A stretch of 64,000 nucleotides of DNA from Cyclobacteriaceae bacterium. Lineage in GTDB: Bacteria > Bacteroidota > Bacteroidia > Cytophagales > Cyclobacteriaceae. The notes under the pieces are model-generated. The model was not told the DNA's origin and did not search any database. It saw only the letters and a list, made by a program, of their open reading frames with translations. The stretch covers positions 7,208-71,207 of the forward strand of contig JAAUQL010000012.1 of the NCBI GenBank assembly GCA_012033595.1, in the 5' to 3' direction. Shown here one piece after another: positions 51,268 to 63,387 of this stretch (the stretch's first letter is position 1; each line of letters begins with the position of its first letter). A program made the position numbers and the translations under genes.

Positions 51268-51333
51268 ATGAAAGTATTGTCTTCTATAGTAGTTCTAGTC
51301 CTTTCTGTCGTGGTCCTAATTAGCGGTGCATGA
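51268..51333 (+). CDS. ilv operon leader peptide
   Basis: MKVLSSIVVLVLSVVVLISGA*: 7 Val, 4 Leu and 2 Ile in 21 codons, directly upstream of the attenuator. Confidence 0.88.
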   Translation: MKVLSSIVVLVLSVVVLISGA

Positions 51334-51365
51334 AGTGAAAGGTATGCTATAGTCACAAAAAACTG

Positions 51366-51398
51366 AAACCTTTCTCCAAAACAGAAAGGTTTTTTTTT
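51366..51398 (+). terminator. Attenuator terminator of the ilv-leu operon
   Basis: AAACCTTTCT-ccaaaac-AGAAAGGTTT followed by a T-run; alternative pairing with GAAAGGT at 51337-51343. Confidence 0.88.
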
Positions 51399-51406
51399 AA
51401 TCTAAT

Positions 51407-53082
51407 ATGAAAATGGATATAAACAAGTACAGTAGTAAAATTACCCAGGACGAGAGCCTTCCCGCCGCACAGGCCATGCTTTATGCCATAGGCATGAAAG
51501 ATGCGGACATGAAAAAAGCCCAGATCGGAATAGTGAGCACAGGATACCAGGGCAATCCTTGCAATATGCACCTCAACGGCCTGGCCGATCGCATTAAGCA
51601 GGGCGTCGATCAAAACCCGGGACTTTTAGGATTGATATTTCATACGATTGGTGTAAGCGATGGCATCACCAATGGCACCGAGGGCATGAAATACTCCCTT
51701 CCTTCCAGAGAAATAATTGCTGACTCTATAGAGACCGTAGTGTGTGCTCAATTCTACGATGCGGTAGTTCCGGTGGTAGGTTGCGACAAAAACATGCCCG
51801 GCGCGATGATCGCCATGGGCAGGATAAACCGGCCTGGCATATTGGTATATGGAGGTACGGTAAAAAAAGGATCATGGAAAGGAAAAGACCTCAATATCGT
51901 TTCGGCTTTTGAAGCTTATGGCGAAAAACTGGCAGGTAAAATCAGCGAAGAAGATTATAAAGGAATCATAAAAAACTCCATACCCGGAGCGGGCGCCTGT
52001 GGGGGTATGTACACCGCCAATACCATGGCTGCGGCCATCGAATGCCTGGGCATGAGCTTGCCTTATTCCAGCTCTAACCCGGCCATAAGCGAAGAAAAAG
52101 GACACGAATGTTTTGATATTGGCAGGGCGATCAAACACCTGCTCGAAACAGACCTAAAACCCAGAGACATCATGACCAAGGCATCGTTTGAAAATGCCAT
52201 AGCCCTGATCATGGCCTTGGGCGGCTCTACCAATGCGGTGCTGCATTTATTGGCAATGGCCCGATCGGTGGAAGTAGATCTGAGCATAAACGATTTTCAG
52301 CGCATAAGTGACAAGACACCATTTGTTGCTGACCTGAAACCGAGTGGCGAATATCTGATAGAAGATCTGCACCACGTCGGTGGTGTACCCGGAGTAATGA
52401 AAATGTTGCTCAGAGAAGGCTACTTTGATGGCAACTGCATGACGGTGACCGGCAAGACACTGGGAGAAAACCTGGAGATGATCCAGGATCTGGAAAAGGC
52501 CAGAAAATCATCAGGCCGTTTAGCGACCCCATCAAGCCGGTCGGACATATACAAATACTCTATGGAAACCTGGCAGAAGAAGGTTCTGTGGCCAAAATCA
52601 CCGGCAAAGAAGGTGAATTTTTTACAGGGCCGGCCAAAGTGTTTAATGATGAGTTTGAAGCCATAAAAGGTATAGGTAGCACTGTGCAAAAAGGCGATGT
52701 GATCGTGATCAGGTACAGTGGACCAAAAGGTGCTCCCGGAATGCCTGAAATGCTTAAACCAACAGGAGTAGTGATGGGCGCCGGTCTCGGAAAAGACGTC
52801 GCGCTGATCACCGATGGCAGGTTTTCGGGAGGTTCACATGGATTTGTTGTCGGGCACATCACCCCGGAGGCATCGGAAGGTGGCTTGATTGGACTGCTAA
52901 AAGATGGCGATATCATTACCATTGATGCCAAAAACAACCGCCTTGAAGCCGATGTTTCAGAAGAAGAAATCGCTTTACGCAAGAGTCAGTGGCAAAAACC
53001 AGCTTATAAAGCAAAAACAGGAATTTTAAAAAAGTTTATTGATACCGTTTCCACAGCCTCGACGGGCTGTGTTACAACTTAA
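51407..53082 (+). CDS. ilvD: Dihydroxy-acid dehydratase, split by frameshift near 52496
   Basis: [55 protein letters not shown]. Confidence 0.96.
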
Positions 53083-53093
53083 AATTATCTAAT

Positions 53094-54833
53094 ATGGGAC
53101 AGATGGAAACATTAAAAGAATCATCGACCGGCATCACCAAAAAGAAAATGAGGATTTCAGGGTCTGAAGCTGTAATCTTATCCTTGCTCGAAGAAGGTGT
53201 CGATACAGTGTTTGGTTACCCGGGAGGAGCCATCATGCCGATTTACGATGCGTTGTATGGGTATAAGGAGCAATTGAACCATTATTTGGTCAGGCATGAA
53301 CAAGGCGCTGCACATGCAGCCCAGGGATATGCACGTGTCACCGGAAAAGTTGGTGTATGTTTTGCCACCAGTGGGCCAGGCGCTACCAATCTAATGACGG
53401 GCATAGCCGATGCACAAATAGATTCCACCCCTATTGTGTGCATTACCGGCCAGGTGGTGGCTCATCTGTTAGGTACCGACGCTTTTCAGGAATCTGATAT
53501 TCTGGGCATTTCCATGCCCATCACCAAGTGGAATTTTCAGGTAACAAAAGCAGAAGAAATACCTGCTGCCATAGCCAGGGCATTTTACATAGCAAAAACA
53601 GGAAGGCCGGGGCCGGTGCTTATCGATATTACTAAAAATGCCCAGTCTGCTGAGTTGGATTTTGAGTACACCCCCTGTAAAAAAATCAGGAGCTACCATC
53701 CCTACCCCGTCATACAGGATAAGGACATCATGGATGCGGCAAAAGTGATCAACAATGCCAAAAAGCCATTTTTACTTTCAGGACATGGAGTCTTGATCTC
53801 CGGGGCAGAAAAGGCCGTGCTTGCGCTTTCCGAAAAGGCGAATATCCCCGTAGCTTCTACCCTATTGGGTCTTTCTTCTTTCCCACCAGACCATCCCAAC
53901 TATGTGGGCTATCTGGGAATGCACGGCAATTACGCCCCCAATGTGCTCACCAACGAGTGCGATGTGCTCATTGCCATAGGAATGCGCTTCGATGACCGGG
54001 TGACCGGCGACGTAAACCAATATGCCAAAAAGGCCAAGGTGGTACATATAGAGATAGACCCGGCTGAAATTGACAAGATTATTAAAACTGAAGTTGCCAT
54101 CAATGCCGATGCCAACCAGGCTCTTGAGTGCCTGTTGCCATATATCAACAAGGCCGACCATAGTGAGTGGATCAATGAATTTAGAAAACTCGATAAAATA
54201 GAGTATGACAAGGTCATTAAAAACGACCTATACCCCACCAGCGATAAAATAAAAATGGGGGAAGTAGTGCGTCTGATCTCAGAAATATCTAAAGGAGAAG
54301 CCATAGTGGTGACGGATGTAGGCCAGCATCAGATGATAGCCAACCGCTACTATAAATACAAGAAGCCCAACCATATCGTTACCTCCGGTGGTTTGGGCAC
54401 CATGGGTTTTGCCTTGCCGGCGGCCATGGGGGCGCAGATTGGCAAAATGAAAGAAAAAGTAATATCCATTGCCGGCGATGGTGGTTTTCAAATGACACTT
54501 CAGGAATTAGGAACCATTTTCCAATACAATATCCCGGTAAAGATCGTGGTACTCAACAACAACTTCCTGGGGATGGTAAGGCAATGGCAACAGTTGTTTT
54601 TCAAAAAAAGGTACTCTTTTACTGAGATGACCAACCCTGATTTTATTAAAATTGCAGATGGTTACGGAATAGTTGCCAACCGTGTAGAGCAACGTGAAGA
54701 TCTGGAAAAAGCTTTGCAAACCATGTACGATCATGATGGGCCTTATTTTCTGGAAGTAAAAGTAGAAATGGAAGAGAACGTATTCCCGATGGTACCTTCT
54801 GGGGATTCAGTATCCAATATCCGTTTGGAATAA
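53094..54833 (+). CDS. ilvB: Acetolactate synthase large subunit
   Basis: FGYPGGA, RHEQGA, TSGPGATN, GMRFDDRVTG, DVGQHQM, GDGGFQM, GMVRQWQ. Confidence 0.97.
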   Translation: MGQMETLKESSTGITKKKMRISGSEAVILSLLEEGVDTVFGYPGGAIMPIYDALYGYKEQLNHYLVRHEQGAAHAAQGYARVTGKVGVCFATSGPGATNLMTGIADAQIDSTPIVCITGQVVAHLLGTDAFQESDILGISMPITKWNFQVTKAEEIPAAIARAFYIAKTGRPGPVLIDITKNAQSAELDFEYTPCKKIRSYHPYPVIQDKDIMDAAKVINNAKKPFLLSGHGVLISGAEKAVLALSEKANIPVASTLLGLSSFPPDHPNYVGYLGMHGNYAPNVLTNECDVLIAIGMRFDDRVTGDVNQYAKKAKVVHIEIDPAEIDKIIKTEVAINADANQALECLLPYINKADHSEWINEFRKLDKIEYDKVIKNDLYPTSDKIKMGEVVRLISEISKGEAIVVTDVGQHQMIANRYYKYKKPNHIVTSGGLGTMGFALPAAMGAQIGKMKEKVISIAGDGGFQMTLQELGTIFQYNIPVKIVVLNNNFLGMVRQWQQLFFKKRYSFTEMTNPDFIKIADGYGIVANRVEQREDLEKALQTMYDHDGPYFLEVKVEMEENVFPMVPSGDSVSNIRLE

Positions 54834-54849
54834 CTAAAGCTTTAAAGAA

Positions 54850-55449
54850 ATGACAGATATATATCAAGATTCACCAGAACAGTTGGGCGAAAAGCAATAC
54901 ACCATTTCGATCCTAACCGAAGACAAGCCAGGCTTGCTCAATACAGTCACCATCGTCTTTACCAGGCGCAAGCTAAATATCGACATGATCAACGTTTCTG
55001 CCTCTGAGGTGGCAGGAGTAAGCAGATATACCATTGTGCTCACCACCACCAAAGACCAGGTAGAGAAGGTTGTGAAGCAAATCCGCAAGCATGTGGACGT
55101 GCTCGGCGCCTTTGTGTATGAAGAAGACGCCATACACTACCAGGAAATCGCCCTCTACAAGGTGCCTACAGAAATATTTATGGACAGTGTAGAAGTGGAA
55201 CAAATAGTAAGGGCAAACAATGCCCGAATACTGGTGATAGAGCGCGACTATACCGTAATCGAAAAAACCGGACATAAGGAAGAAACCTCTGCCCTATTCA
55301 ATACATTGAAAAAATATGGGGTATTGGAATTTGTGAGATCAGGCCGGATTGCGGTATCTAAATCAAAAAGAAAAACGGAGGCTTACCTCGAAGAATTGGA
55401 AAATTCAACAACACATAGTTTATATAATAATAACGGAACAGTTAAATAA
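54850..55449 (+). CDS. ilvN: Acetolactate synthase small subunit
   Basis: ACT domain EDKPGLL..FTRRKLNI; EFVRSGRIA; operon position. Confidence 0.93.
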   Translation: MTDIYQDSPEQLGEKQYTISILTEDKPGLLNTVTIVFTRRKLNIDMINVSASEVAGVSRYTIVLTTTKDQVEKVVKQIRKHVDVLGAFVYEEDAIHYQEIALYKVPTEIFMDSVEVEQIVRANNARILVIERDYTVIEKTGHKEETSALFNTLKKYGVLEFVRSGRIAVSKSKRKTEAYLEELENSTTHSLYNNNGTVK

Positions 55450-55450
55450 A

Positions 55451-56497
55451 ATGGCAAAAATCAATTTTGGTGGCGTCGAAGAAAACGTAGTGACGCGAGA
55501 TGAATTCCCATTGGAAAAAGCAAGGGAAGTAATGAAAGATGAAACGATAGCTATAATTGGCTATGGCGTGCAAGGTCCCGGACAGGCGCTCAACCTGAAG
55601 GATAATGGTTTTAATGTAATCGTAGGTCAGAGAAAACCTTCTAAGTCTTATGACAAAGCTATGCAAGACGGCTGGGTGCCCGGCAAAACCTTGTTTTCCA
55701 TAGAGGAGGCACTCGAAAAAGGAACCATCATTTTCTACCTGCTCTCTGACGCAGCTCAAATCGCCATGTGGCCCACAGTGAAAAAACACCTCACCGAAGG
55801 AAAATCACTGTATTTTTCTCACGGATTTGGCATTACATACAAAGAAAGAACCGGTATAGTGCCTCCGGAAAATATCGACGTGATGCTAGTTGCCCCCAAA
55901 GGTTCGGGCACCAGCCTGAGAAGACTTTTCGTTGAGGGAAAAGGCCTCAACTCCAGCTTCGCCATCCACCAGGACTACACCGGCAACGCCAGGGAAAAAG
56001 TAGTGGCATTGGGTATCGGTGTGGGATCGGGTTATCTGTTCGAAACCACCTTCAAAAGAGAAGTCTATAGCGACCTTACCGGCGAAAGAGGCACGTTGAT
56101 GGGCGCTATCCAAGGTATATTCGCCGCACAATACGACCTCTTGCGCAGCAAGGGTCACTCTCCTTCTGAGGCATTTAACGAAACAGTGGAAGAGGCTACA
56201 CAATCGCTCTATCCTCTGGTGGCCGAAAACGGCATGGACTGGATGTACGCCAACTGCTCAACCACTGCCCAGCGGGGTGCCCTTGACTGGTGGAAAAAAT
56301 TTAGAGACGCGACCGCTCCTGTATTCAAAGAGTTGTACGAAAGTGTGGCCGCTGGTGAAGAAGCACAAAAATCGATCGATTCCAACAGCCAGGAAGATTA
56401 CAGGGTAAAATTGGAAGCTGAGTTGAAAGAAATGAGGGAATCTGAAATGTGGATTGCCGGTGCTGCGGTCAGGAAATTGAGACCGGAGAATAATTAA
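55451..56497 (+). CDS. ilvC: Ketol-acid reductoisomerase
   Basis: IGYGVQGPGQALNL, FSHGF, VAPKG, SDLTGERG, CSTTA; ATG at 55451. Confidence 0.96.
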   Translation: MAKINFGGVEENVVTRDEFPLEKAREVMKDETIAIIGYGVQGPGQALNLKDNGFNVIVGQRKPSKSYDKAMQDGWVPGKTLFSIEEALEKGTIIFYLLSDAAQIAMWPTVKKHLTEGKSLYFSHGFGITYKERTGIVPPENIDVMLVAPKGSGTSLRRLFVEGKGLNSSFAIHQDYTGNAREKVVALGIGVGSGYLFETTFKREVYSDLTGERGTLMGAIQGIFAAQYDLLRSKGHSPSEAFNETVEEATQSLYPLVAENGMDWMYANCSTTAQRGALDWWKKFRDATAPVFKELYESVAAGEEAQKSIDSNSQEDYRVKLEAELKEMRESEMWIAGAAVRKLRPENN

Positions 56498-56567
56498 TAA
56501 AAATCAATGCATAAGTGGAAGGCCATAGCGCCTTCCATATTTTTCAACAACATAAATCATTTACACG

Positions 56568-58069
56568 ATGGCTGATAGATTATATATATTCGATACCACG
56601 CTGAGGGATGGGGAACAAGTACCCGGCTGCCAATTAAATACAGTTGAAAAAATTGAAGTAGCCAAGAGACTCGAAGAACTAGGCGTGGATATAATCGAAG
56701 CCGGCTTTCCTATTTCCAGTCCCGGCGATTTCAATTCCGTGGTAGAAATCTCCAAGGCCGTCACCTGGCCAACCATCTGTGCACTGACCAGAGCAGTAGA
56801 AAAAGATATCGACGTAGCAGCAGATGCTTTGAAATATGCCAAAAAGGGCCGGATTCATACCGGTATTGGCACGTCACCCTACCACATTCAGTACAAACTA
56901 AAATCCAACCAGGAAGAAATCATCGAACGTGCCAAGCGGGCTGTTGCCTACGCCAAAAAGTATGTTGAGGATGTGGAGTTTTATGCTGAAGATGCCGGAA
57001 GGACTGATAATGAATACCTGGCCAGGTGATAGAAGCGGTAATCGCCGCCGGTGCCACTGTTGTGAATATTCCGGATACCACAGGCTATTGCCTGCCCGCA
57101 GACTATGGCGCCAAGATAAAATATCTAGTAGATAATGTTAAAAACATAGATAAAGCCATCATATCCACGCATTGCCACAACGACCTGGGAATGGCCACGG
57201 CCAACTCCATTTCGGGCGTGATCAACGGCGCACGACAGGTTGAAGTCACCATCAACGGCATTGGCGAACGCGCAGGCAATACCTCGCTGGAAGAAGTGAC
57301 CATGATCTTGCGCAGTCACAAAGAATTGGGCATCGACACACAAATCAACTCACAAAATATATATCAGATGAGTCGGTTGGTCTCCAACCTAATGAATATG
57401 CCGGTGCAACCCAACAAGGCAATCGTAGGTCGAAATGCTTTTGCACATTCATCGGGCATCCATCAGGATGGCGTTTTGAAGCACCGCGAAAACTACGAGA
57501 TTATCGATCCCAAAGATGTGGGCATCAACGAATCGAGCATAGTGTTGACTGCACGAAGTGGTCGCGCTGCCCTCAAACACCGTCTGAGCATATTGGGCTT
57601 TGAATTGGAAAAAGAAAAACTTGACGAAGTGTATGAGGAATTTCTGAAACTTGCAGACAAGAAAAAGGACATTAAAGATGAAGACATCACCATGCTGGTG
57701 GGTGATGTGAAAAAAGAAGACCGCAAGTTGAACCTGGAATATTTGCAGGTGGTCACCGGCAAAGGATTGGAACCGATGGCTTCGGTACGCATTTCTATTG
57801 CAGGTGAGTTGTTCGATGCGTCATCTGTAGGCAACGGACCCGTAGATGCGGCGATTAAGGCCATTAAAGTTATCATTAAGAAAAAAGTAATCCTCGAAGA
57901 ATTCCTGATCCAGGCGATTACCCGTGGAAGCGATGACGTGGGCAAAGTGCATATGCAGGTGGCATATAACGATCAGATTTTTTATGGTTTTGGAGCCAAT
58001 ACCGATATAGTCACTGCCTCGGCAGAGGCCTTTATTGATGCGCTCAATAAAATCCCCAGCAAACAATAA
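56568..58069 (+). CDS. leuA: 2-isopropylmalate synthase, split by frameshift near 57025
   Basis: [45 protein letters not shown]. Confidence 0.95.
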
Positions 58070-58074
58070 CACTT

Positions 58075-58102
58075 GAGGGCCGTCTAACGGCTCTTTTGTT
58101 TT
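58075..58102 (+). terminator. Probable intrinsic terminator after leuA
   Basis: GAGGGCCGT-ctaa-CGGCTCTTTTGTTTTG, GC stem followed by T-rich tail. Confidence 0.55.
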
Positions 58103-58426
58103 GATCGCGTGCATGCGCCTCATCTGGCATTCATGCCAAATATTTAGATCTGATTCACCACATCTCTACTATTTCTGATGAGCTTGCTCATGGACTGCAC
58201 CGGCAACTGGGTATTGGATTTGAAGCCATAAAGCCACTTTGTTGACAGTTGGTTCGTTTGTCAATTTAAAAGTCAGAAGGTTGTAGTAGAATTGGGCAAC
58301 AAATAAAAATTCAGACTTGGACTAGAAGCAAGTTTATTGCAATTTTGAACTTTAGCTAGTCTATCACAAAGCTCACATCCCTGGGCAGGCATCTATTTGC
58401 TATCGTCCGGTCAAACAAATTTTGAA

Positions 58427-59034
58427 ATGGAAGAATTTTTCTAGAATCTCTCGGGATCAATGCTACCATATTCAGTTACGTCGTATTGCCCTTGCTTATT
58501 TTCTTTGCACGCATTGCCGATGTTTCCATCAATACCATCAGGATCATCTTTGTGATGAATGGAAATAAGTTTATCTCCACCATACTGGGATTTTTCGAAT
58601 CCTTAATCTGGCTGGTGGCCATAGGGCAAATTTTCCAACATCTCAACAACTGGGTGTCTTATGTAGCCTATCCGGGCGGCTTTGCTATGGGTATTTTGGT
58701 TGGTATGATCATCGAAGAACGAATGGCGCTGGGCAAGGTGGTGGTAAGGGCCATCACCTCAGAAGACCTCACTCGAATATTGAGTTACATGGTAAAACAA
58801 AACATGCGCTACACCGTAATGTCGGGCGAATCGTCAACCGGCAATGAAAACATCGTTTTTACGGTAGTAAAAAGGGATCAATTGCAAAGTCTTATTGACG
58901 AATTTAACGTGTGTCTGCCGCAGGCCATGTACACTGTGGAATCGGTAAAAAAAGCCAGCGAAGCCGGACTGATGCCAGAAAGCCCAAGCCGACGCGGTAT
59001 AGGTTCCTGGCTCAGTTCCATCAAGAGGAAATAG
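58427..59034 (+). CDS. DUF5698/DUF2179 membrane protein; 5' end frameshifted in T-run near 58440
   Basis: LPLLIFFARIADVS..TIR, LGFFE.LIW, GGFA.G, IEERMALG. Confidence 0.8.
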
Positions 59035-59113
59035 CTTGGGAGATTGTGGAGAGATGCCATTTACCCAACGCTCATTGCGTGGCCAATTTTCTGCTGCATC
59101 TTATCGCCAAAAA

Positions 59114-59950
59114 TCAAAGTTTCAAAATCAACAGCGGATAAGTGGAAAATTTGTCAAGGTGCTCGATCAGACTGGTATGAAAGAGGCTTTCCAGAAAATT
59201 TAGCTTTTTATCCAGCAAAACCAGCACATCAGCCCCGGTGGATTGCATATGTTCGTCAAGTCCGGTAGCTACATTTTTATACACCACACGCCTGATGCTT
59301 ACGCGGTCTGAATCGATAAAATGTTCCAACTCGTTTCTGAATTCCTCGAAGATGGCCTTATCTATGGTATTGTCATGAGTGGAGACGTGGAGCACTTCTA
59401 TTTCGGCATCCAGCACCTTGGCCAATGCCGATAGTTGCTGAATGGCCAGTTTGTCCTCTTCCTGATAATCGGTGGCATATACGATTTTTTCGATTTTATG
59501 AAAGCTATAATTGGCCGGAACCGCGAGTACCGGGCATGTAGTATGAGCGATGATGTCCTGTGCTTTTCCTCCGAGATATTTTTTGTCGTACGAAGAATGC
59601 CCCGTAGTGCCGAGTACCACCAGATCACATTTTTCTTCCCTGGTCATATCAGCAATCGTTTCCACTATTTTTCCGGAGACCAGCCGATGGCTACATTTCA
59701 AAAGGCCTTTTTTCAGGCTTAAACGTTCCACTTCTTGGGCAATAGCATTAAGTTTCGCTTCCGCCATTTTCAACAATTCATCATATTGCTCCTTCACATG
59801 ATCAGATCCCACTATTTTGTTGAAGTCGGCAGGAGTGAAAATATTGAGCAGGGTGATCTCGCTTTGTTCTTTTTCACCCAGGGCTACGGCAAACTCCAGG
59901 GCATTGAGAGAAACTTCTGAGAAATCGATGGGGCAAAGTATCTTTTGCAT
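59114..59950 (-). CDS. Universal stress protein (tandem Usp)
   Basis: KILCPIDFS, DLVVLGTTG, CPVLAVP, IVYATD. Confidence 0.9.
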   Translation of the reverse strand: MQKILCPIDFSEVSLNALEFAVALGEKEQSEITLLNIFTPADFNKIVGSDHVKEQYDELLKMAEAKLNAIAQEVERLSLKKGLLKCSHRLVSGKIVETIADMTREEKCDLVVLGTTGHSSYDKKYLGGKAQDIIAHTTCPVLAVPANYSFHKIEKIVYATDYQEEDKLAIQQLSALAKVLDAEIEVLHVSTHDNTIDKAIFEEFRNELEHFIDSDRVSIRRVVYKNVATGLDEHMQSTGADVLVLLDKKLNFLESLFHTSLIEHLDKFSTYPLLILKL

Positions 59951-59989
59951 GATGATGTCTTTTTTCAGACCAATTTACACCTTATCCAA

Positions 59990-60595
59990 TTAATATTTAC
60001 TGACCCATGGGTTTTCTTTAATGTAAAAACGCCATGGTTTCAGCGCATCTTCTTCGGCATACTCCACTCCTATTCTCGTGCTGCTCACCACCTTGTCGTC
60101 AGCTATTTGCGGGGCATCCTCAATCCACAGGATATTGCCATCGAGGGGCACACCATATTGTTTTGTGGTGATGCCAAGCGCCTTCGAAAGCACCCCCGGG
60201 CCAGCGGTCAACCTTTTTGCCGGTTGACTCATATTGCGCCTTCGCAACATTTCATCTATTCCCAGTAGTGGCTGCAGGGCTCTTATCAATACCGCATCGG
60301 CTCTACCTGCCACATTCGTGACCACGTTTACCAAATGATGTAAACCATAGCACAGATAAATATAAGCTTTGCCACCGGCGTCAAACATTACCGCATTCCT
60401 GTTGGTTTTGCGCTGATTGTTGGCGTGGCAGGCTTTGTCATTGAAGCCGGAATATGCCTCTGTTTCTACTATGATCCCTTTTGTCAACACACCGTCTAGT
60501 TGGGTGCAGAGTACCTTGCCCAGCAGCAGCTTCGCCACCCGGGTCACATCATCGCTTTGGTACCATGTCAAATCTATTTTATCTTCTACTTCCAT
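59990..60595 (-). CDS. mpg: DNA-3-methyladenine glycosylase (AAG/MPG family)
   Basis: LLGKVL, IVETEAY, D.ACH, YIYLCYG, AVLIRA, GPG, RIGV, WRF. Confidence 0.93.
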   Translation of the reverse strand: MEVEDKIDLTWYQSDDVTRVAKLLLGKVLCTQLDGVLTKGIIVETEAYSGFNDKACHANNQRKTNRNAVMFDAGGKAYIYLCYGLHHLVNVVTNVAGRADAVLIRALQPLLGIDEMLRRRNMSQPAKRLTAGPGVLSKALGITTKQYGVPLDGNILWIEDAPQIADDKVVSSTRIGVEYAEEDALKPWRFYIKENPWVSKY

Positions 60596-60700
60596 CTCGT
60601 TCCCGATATTGGTAAAAACCACATTTTTCCATAAAATATCAGAAAGACGTTAAACTTTCCTATTTTCGGAGAATTAATCTAACTAAAACCAAGTATTACC

Positions 60701-61563
60701 ATGAATTACAGTCGAATCAGTCTGATTGCCCTGCTTTGCTAGGAATGTGTTTCGGAAATTCCTTTGCACAAATTACCCTGCCAGCCTCAAGTCCAACTGC
60801 CACGTTTTCACAAAAAATCGGCCTTACCGATGTGAGTATCACCTACTCGAGGCCCAGCAAAAACGAACGAAAAATATTTGGGAGCCTTGTGCCTTACGGC
60901 AAATTATGGAGGACAGGTGCCAACATGGCCACACAGATCACGTTTTCCGATGAGGTAAAAGTGGCAGGCCAGCCCCTAGCTGCTGGTACTTATGCCCTGT
61001 TTACCATTCCAGGCGAAAAAGAGTGGACCGTGATATTCAATAAAAACTATAACCAGGGCGGCACAGGCAACTATAGCGAAGCCGAAGATGCCCTGCGTGT
61101 ACAAGTAGAATCGTACAAGATGCCCGAGGTGACCGTGCAAACCTTCCTGATCAATATAGAAGATGTAAAACCAAATGCAGCTATGCTAGAATTACTTTGG
61201 GATGATACCGTAGTGCCCGTGCCGATAGAAGTTTCCATCGATGAGCGCATCATGACCTCGATTGAAAAATCGCTGAAAGTAAGTCCCGATGCCTATCAGC
61301 AGGCAGCAATTTACTATCACCAGTCGGGCAAAGACCTCAATCAGGCATTGGAATGGATGAACAAAGCCATTGCCCAGTACGAAGCCGACAACAGGAATGT
61401 GTTTTGGGTTTATCGTCAGAAATCTTTGCTTTTGGCAGATATGAAAAAATATGATGAGGCCATTGCCACTGCCAAAACCTCACTTGCCAAAGCCAGGGAA
61501 GCCGGCAACGATGACTATGTGAAAATGAATTCAGATGCTATTGCGGAGTGGGGCAAAAAGTAA
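60701..61563 (+). CDS. DUF2911 domain protein with C-terminal TPR; signal-peptide region frameshifted
   Basis: LP..SP, YSRP..RKIFG.LVPYG..WRTGAN, AGTYALFTIP. Confidence 0.88.
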
Positions 61564-61593
61564 ACTGAATTAGAAAATTGCAATTTCACACCT

Positions 61594-61635
61594 AAACCGT
61601 CATCGCCGGACGTAAAACCGGGAATGACGGTTTTA
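61594..61635. terminator. Bidirectional terminator between convergent genes
   Basis: AAACCGTCAT...ATGACGGTTT stem with inner CCGG pairing. Confidence 0.7.
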
Positions 61636-61667
61636 CTATGGTTTTTCTAAACTGTCCGCAAGTTCTA

Positions 61668-63387
61668 TCAGACACTTGCCGGCTTTTTACCCATGATTCC
61701 CTGCAGCATAAAACCCAAAATCACTACCAGCAAACACCCAAAGGCATTGTACCATAAAAAACCCATGGTGAATAAGCCGGCTTTGCCCAATACATTGAGA
61801 TAATGGACAAGAATAACTATAGCCTGACTCACCAATGCCGCAATAAACACGGCGTTGCCCCCAATACGTTTGAAGAAAAACGCTACCACAAAAATGCCCA
61901 GCACAATAGGATAAAACAACGAGCCGATCAGGTTGACGGCCTGGATCAGGTTTTCGAACAAAGAAAGATAAGATGCGAATAATATGGCGATGATGCCCCA
62001 GAGTAGCGTCATAAACTTGGAGGCACGTAAATAATGCTTGTCGCTGGCTGTTTTGATGATGTTCCTTTTATAAAAGTCGATGGTGGACGTGGAGCCCAAG
62101 GCATTTAATTCTGAAGAGGTAGAAGACATGGCCGCCGAAAAAATGACCGCAAAGAGCAAGCCTACCACGCCTACCGGCAGGTTGTTCATCACGAAAATTC
62201 ATAAAGATATAGTCCTTGTCGTTGGTCTCAGCCTCGGGCAAGGTTTCGCCAATAAGCTCGCTGGCTTTTTGACGGATTTTATTCGATTGATTTTGGAGTT
62301 CGTTAACCTTTGCCGCAGCAGCATCTACTTGCTCATCCGTGCCGTTATCTACCACTTGCTGCAACGTATGTACTGCCTGCATTTTTGTTTCGAAAATAGC
62401 GTCATAATCGCTCTGAAGCGCCTGGAATTCTTCTGCCTTTACCGATGTGGTCATTTCTTCACGCAGGGGTTCATTAAAGAATATCGGCGGCTGGTTATAT
62501 TGATAAAAGACGAATACCATCACCCCGACAAAAAGGATAATAAATTGCATGGGCACTTTAAGCAATCCATTCATCATTAGCCCCAGCCGGCTCTCGGTGA
62601 GCGACTTACCAGAAAGATAGCGCTGCACCTGCGACTGATCCGTGCCAAAATATGACATGAACAAAAAGACGGCGCCGGTCATGCCAGACCAGAAATTATA
62701 ACGATCGTTGAGGTCGAATTCAAAATTGACCACATTTAGTTTGCCCATTTTGCCGGCGATATGCAATGCATCTATAAAGCCAACATTTCCCGGAAGGGAA
62801 TAAATGACTAAAATACCAGCAAGCACCATACCACCCATCATCACGGCCATTTGCTGTTTTTGTGTTTGAGTCACTGCTTTGGTACCACCCGAAACGGTAT
62901 ATAATATCACTAAAATACCGATAACGGTGGTAGTATAACCCAGCCTCCAGCCAAGTAACGTAGAGAGTATAATGGCAGGTGCATAGATGGTAATACCTGC
63001 GGCCAGGCCTCTTTGAATAAGAAATATACCTGCGGCCAGCAAACGGGTTTTCAGATCAAACCTATTTTCGAGAAATTCATACGCGGTGTAAACCTTGAGC
63101 CGGTAATACAGGGGCAGAAAAAAAACTGAAATGATGATCATGGCCAGGGGCAGGCCAAAATAAAACTGGATAAAACGCATACCATCGGTATAGGCCTGGC
63201 CGGGAGTAGAAAGAAAGGTGATGGCGCTGGCCTGAGTGGCCATAATCGACAATCCGATGGTCCACCATTTGGTGCTGTCGCCACGCAAATAGCTGTCCAT
63301 GCTGTGGGTGTCCCTGGTTCGCCATATCCCATAGGCTACGATGGAAACTAGGGTGGCAAATAATATGATCCAATCGATATTGCTCAT
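61668..63387 (-). CDS. Sodium:solute symporter (SSS), split by frameshift near 62195
   Basis: ATQASAITFLSTPG, YEFLE.RF, GGTKAV, GTDQSQVQRYL, AAMSSTSSELNA. Confidence 0.92.
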
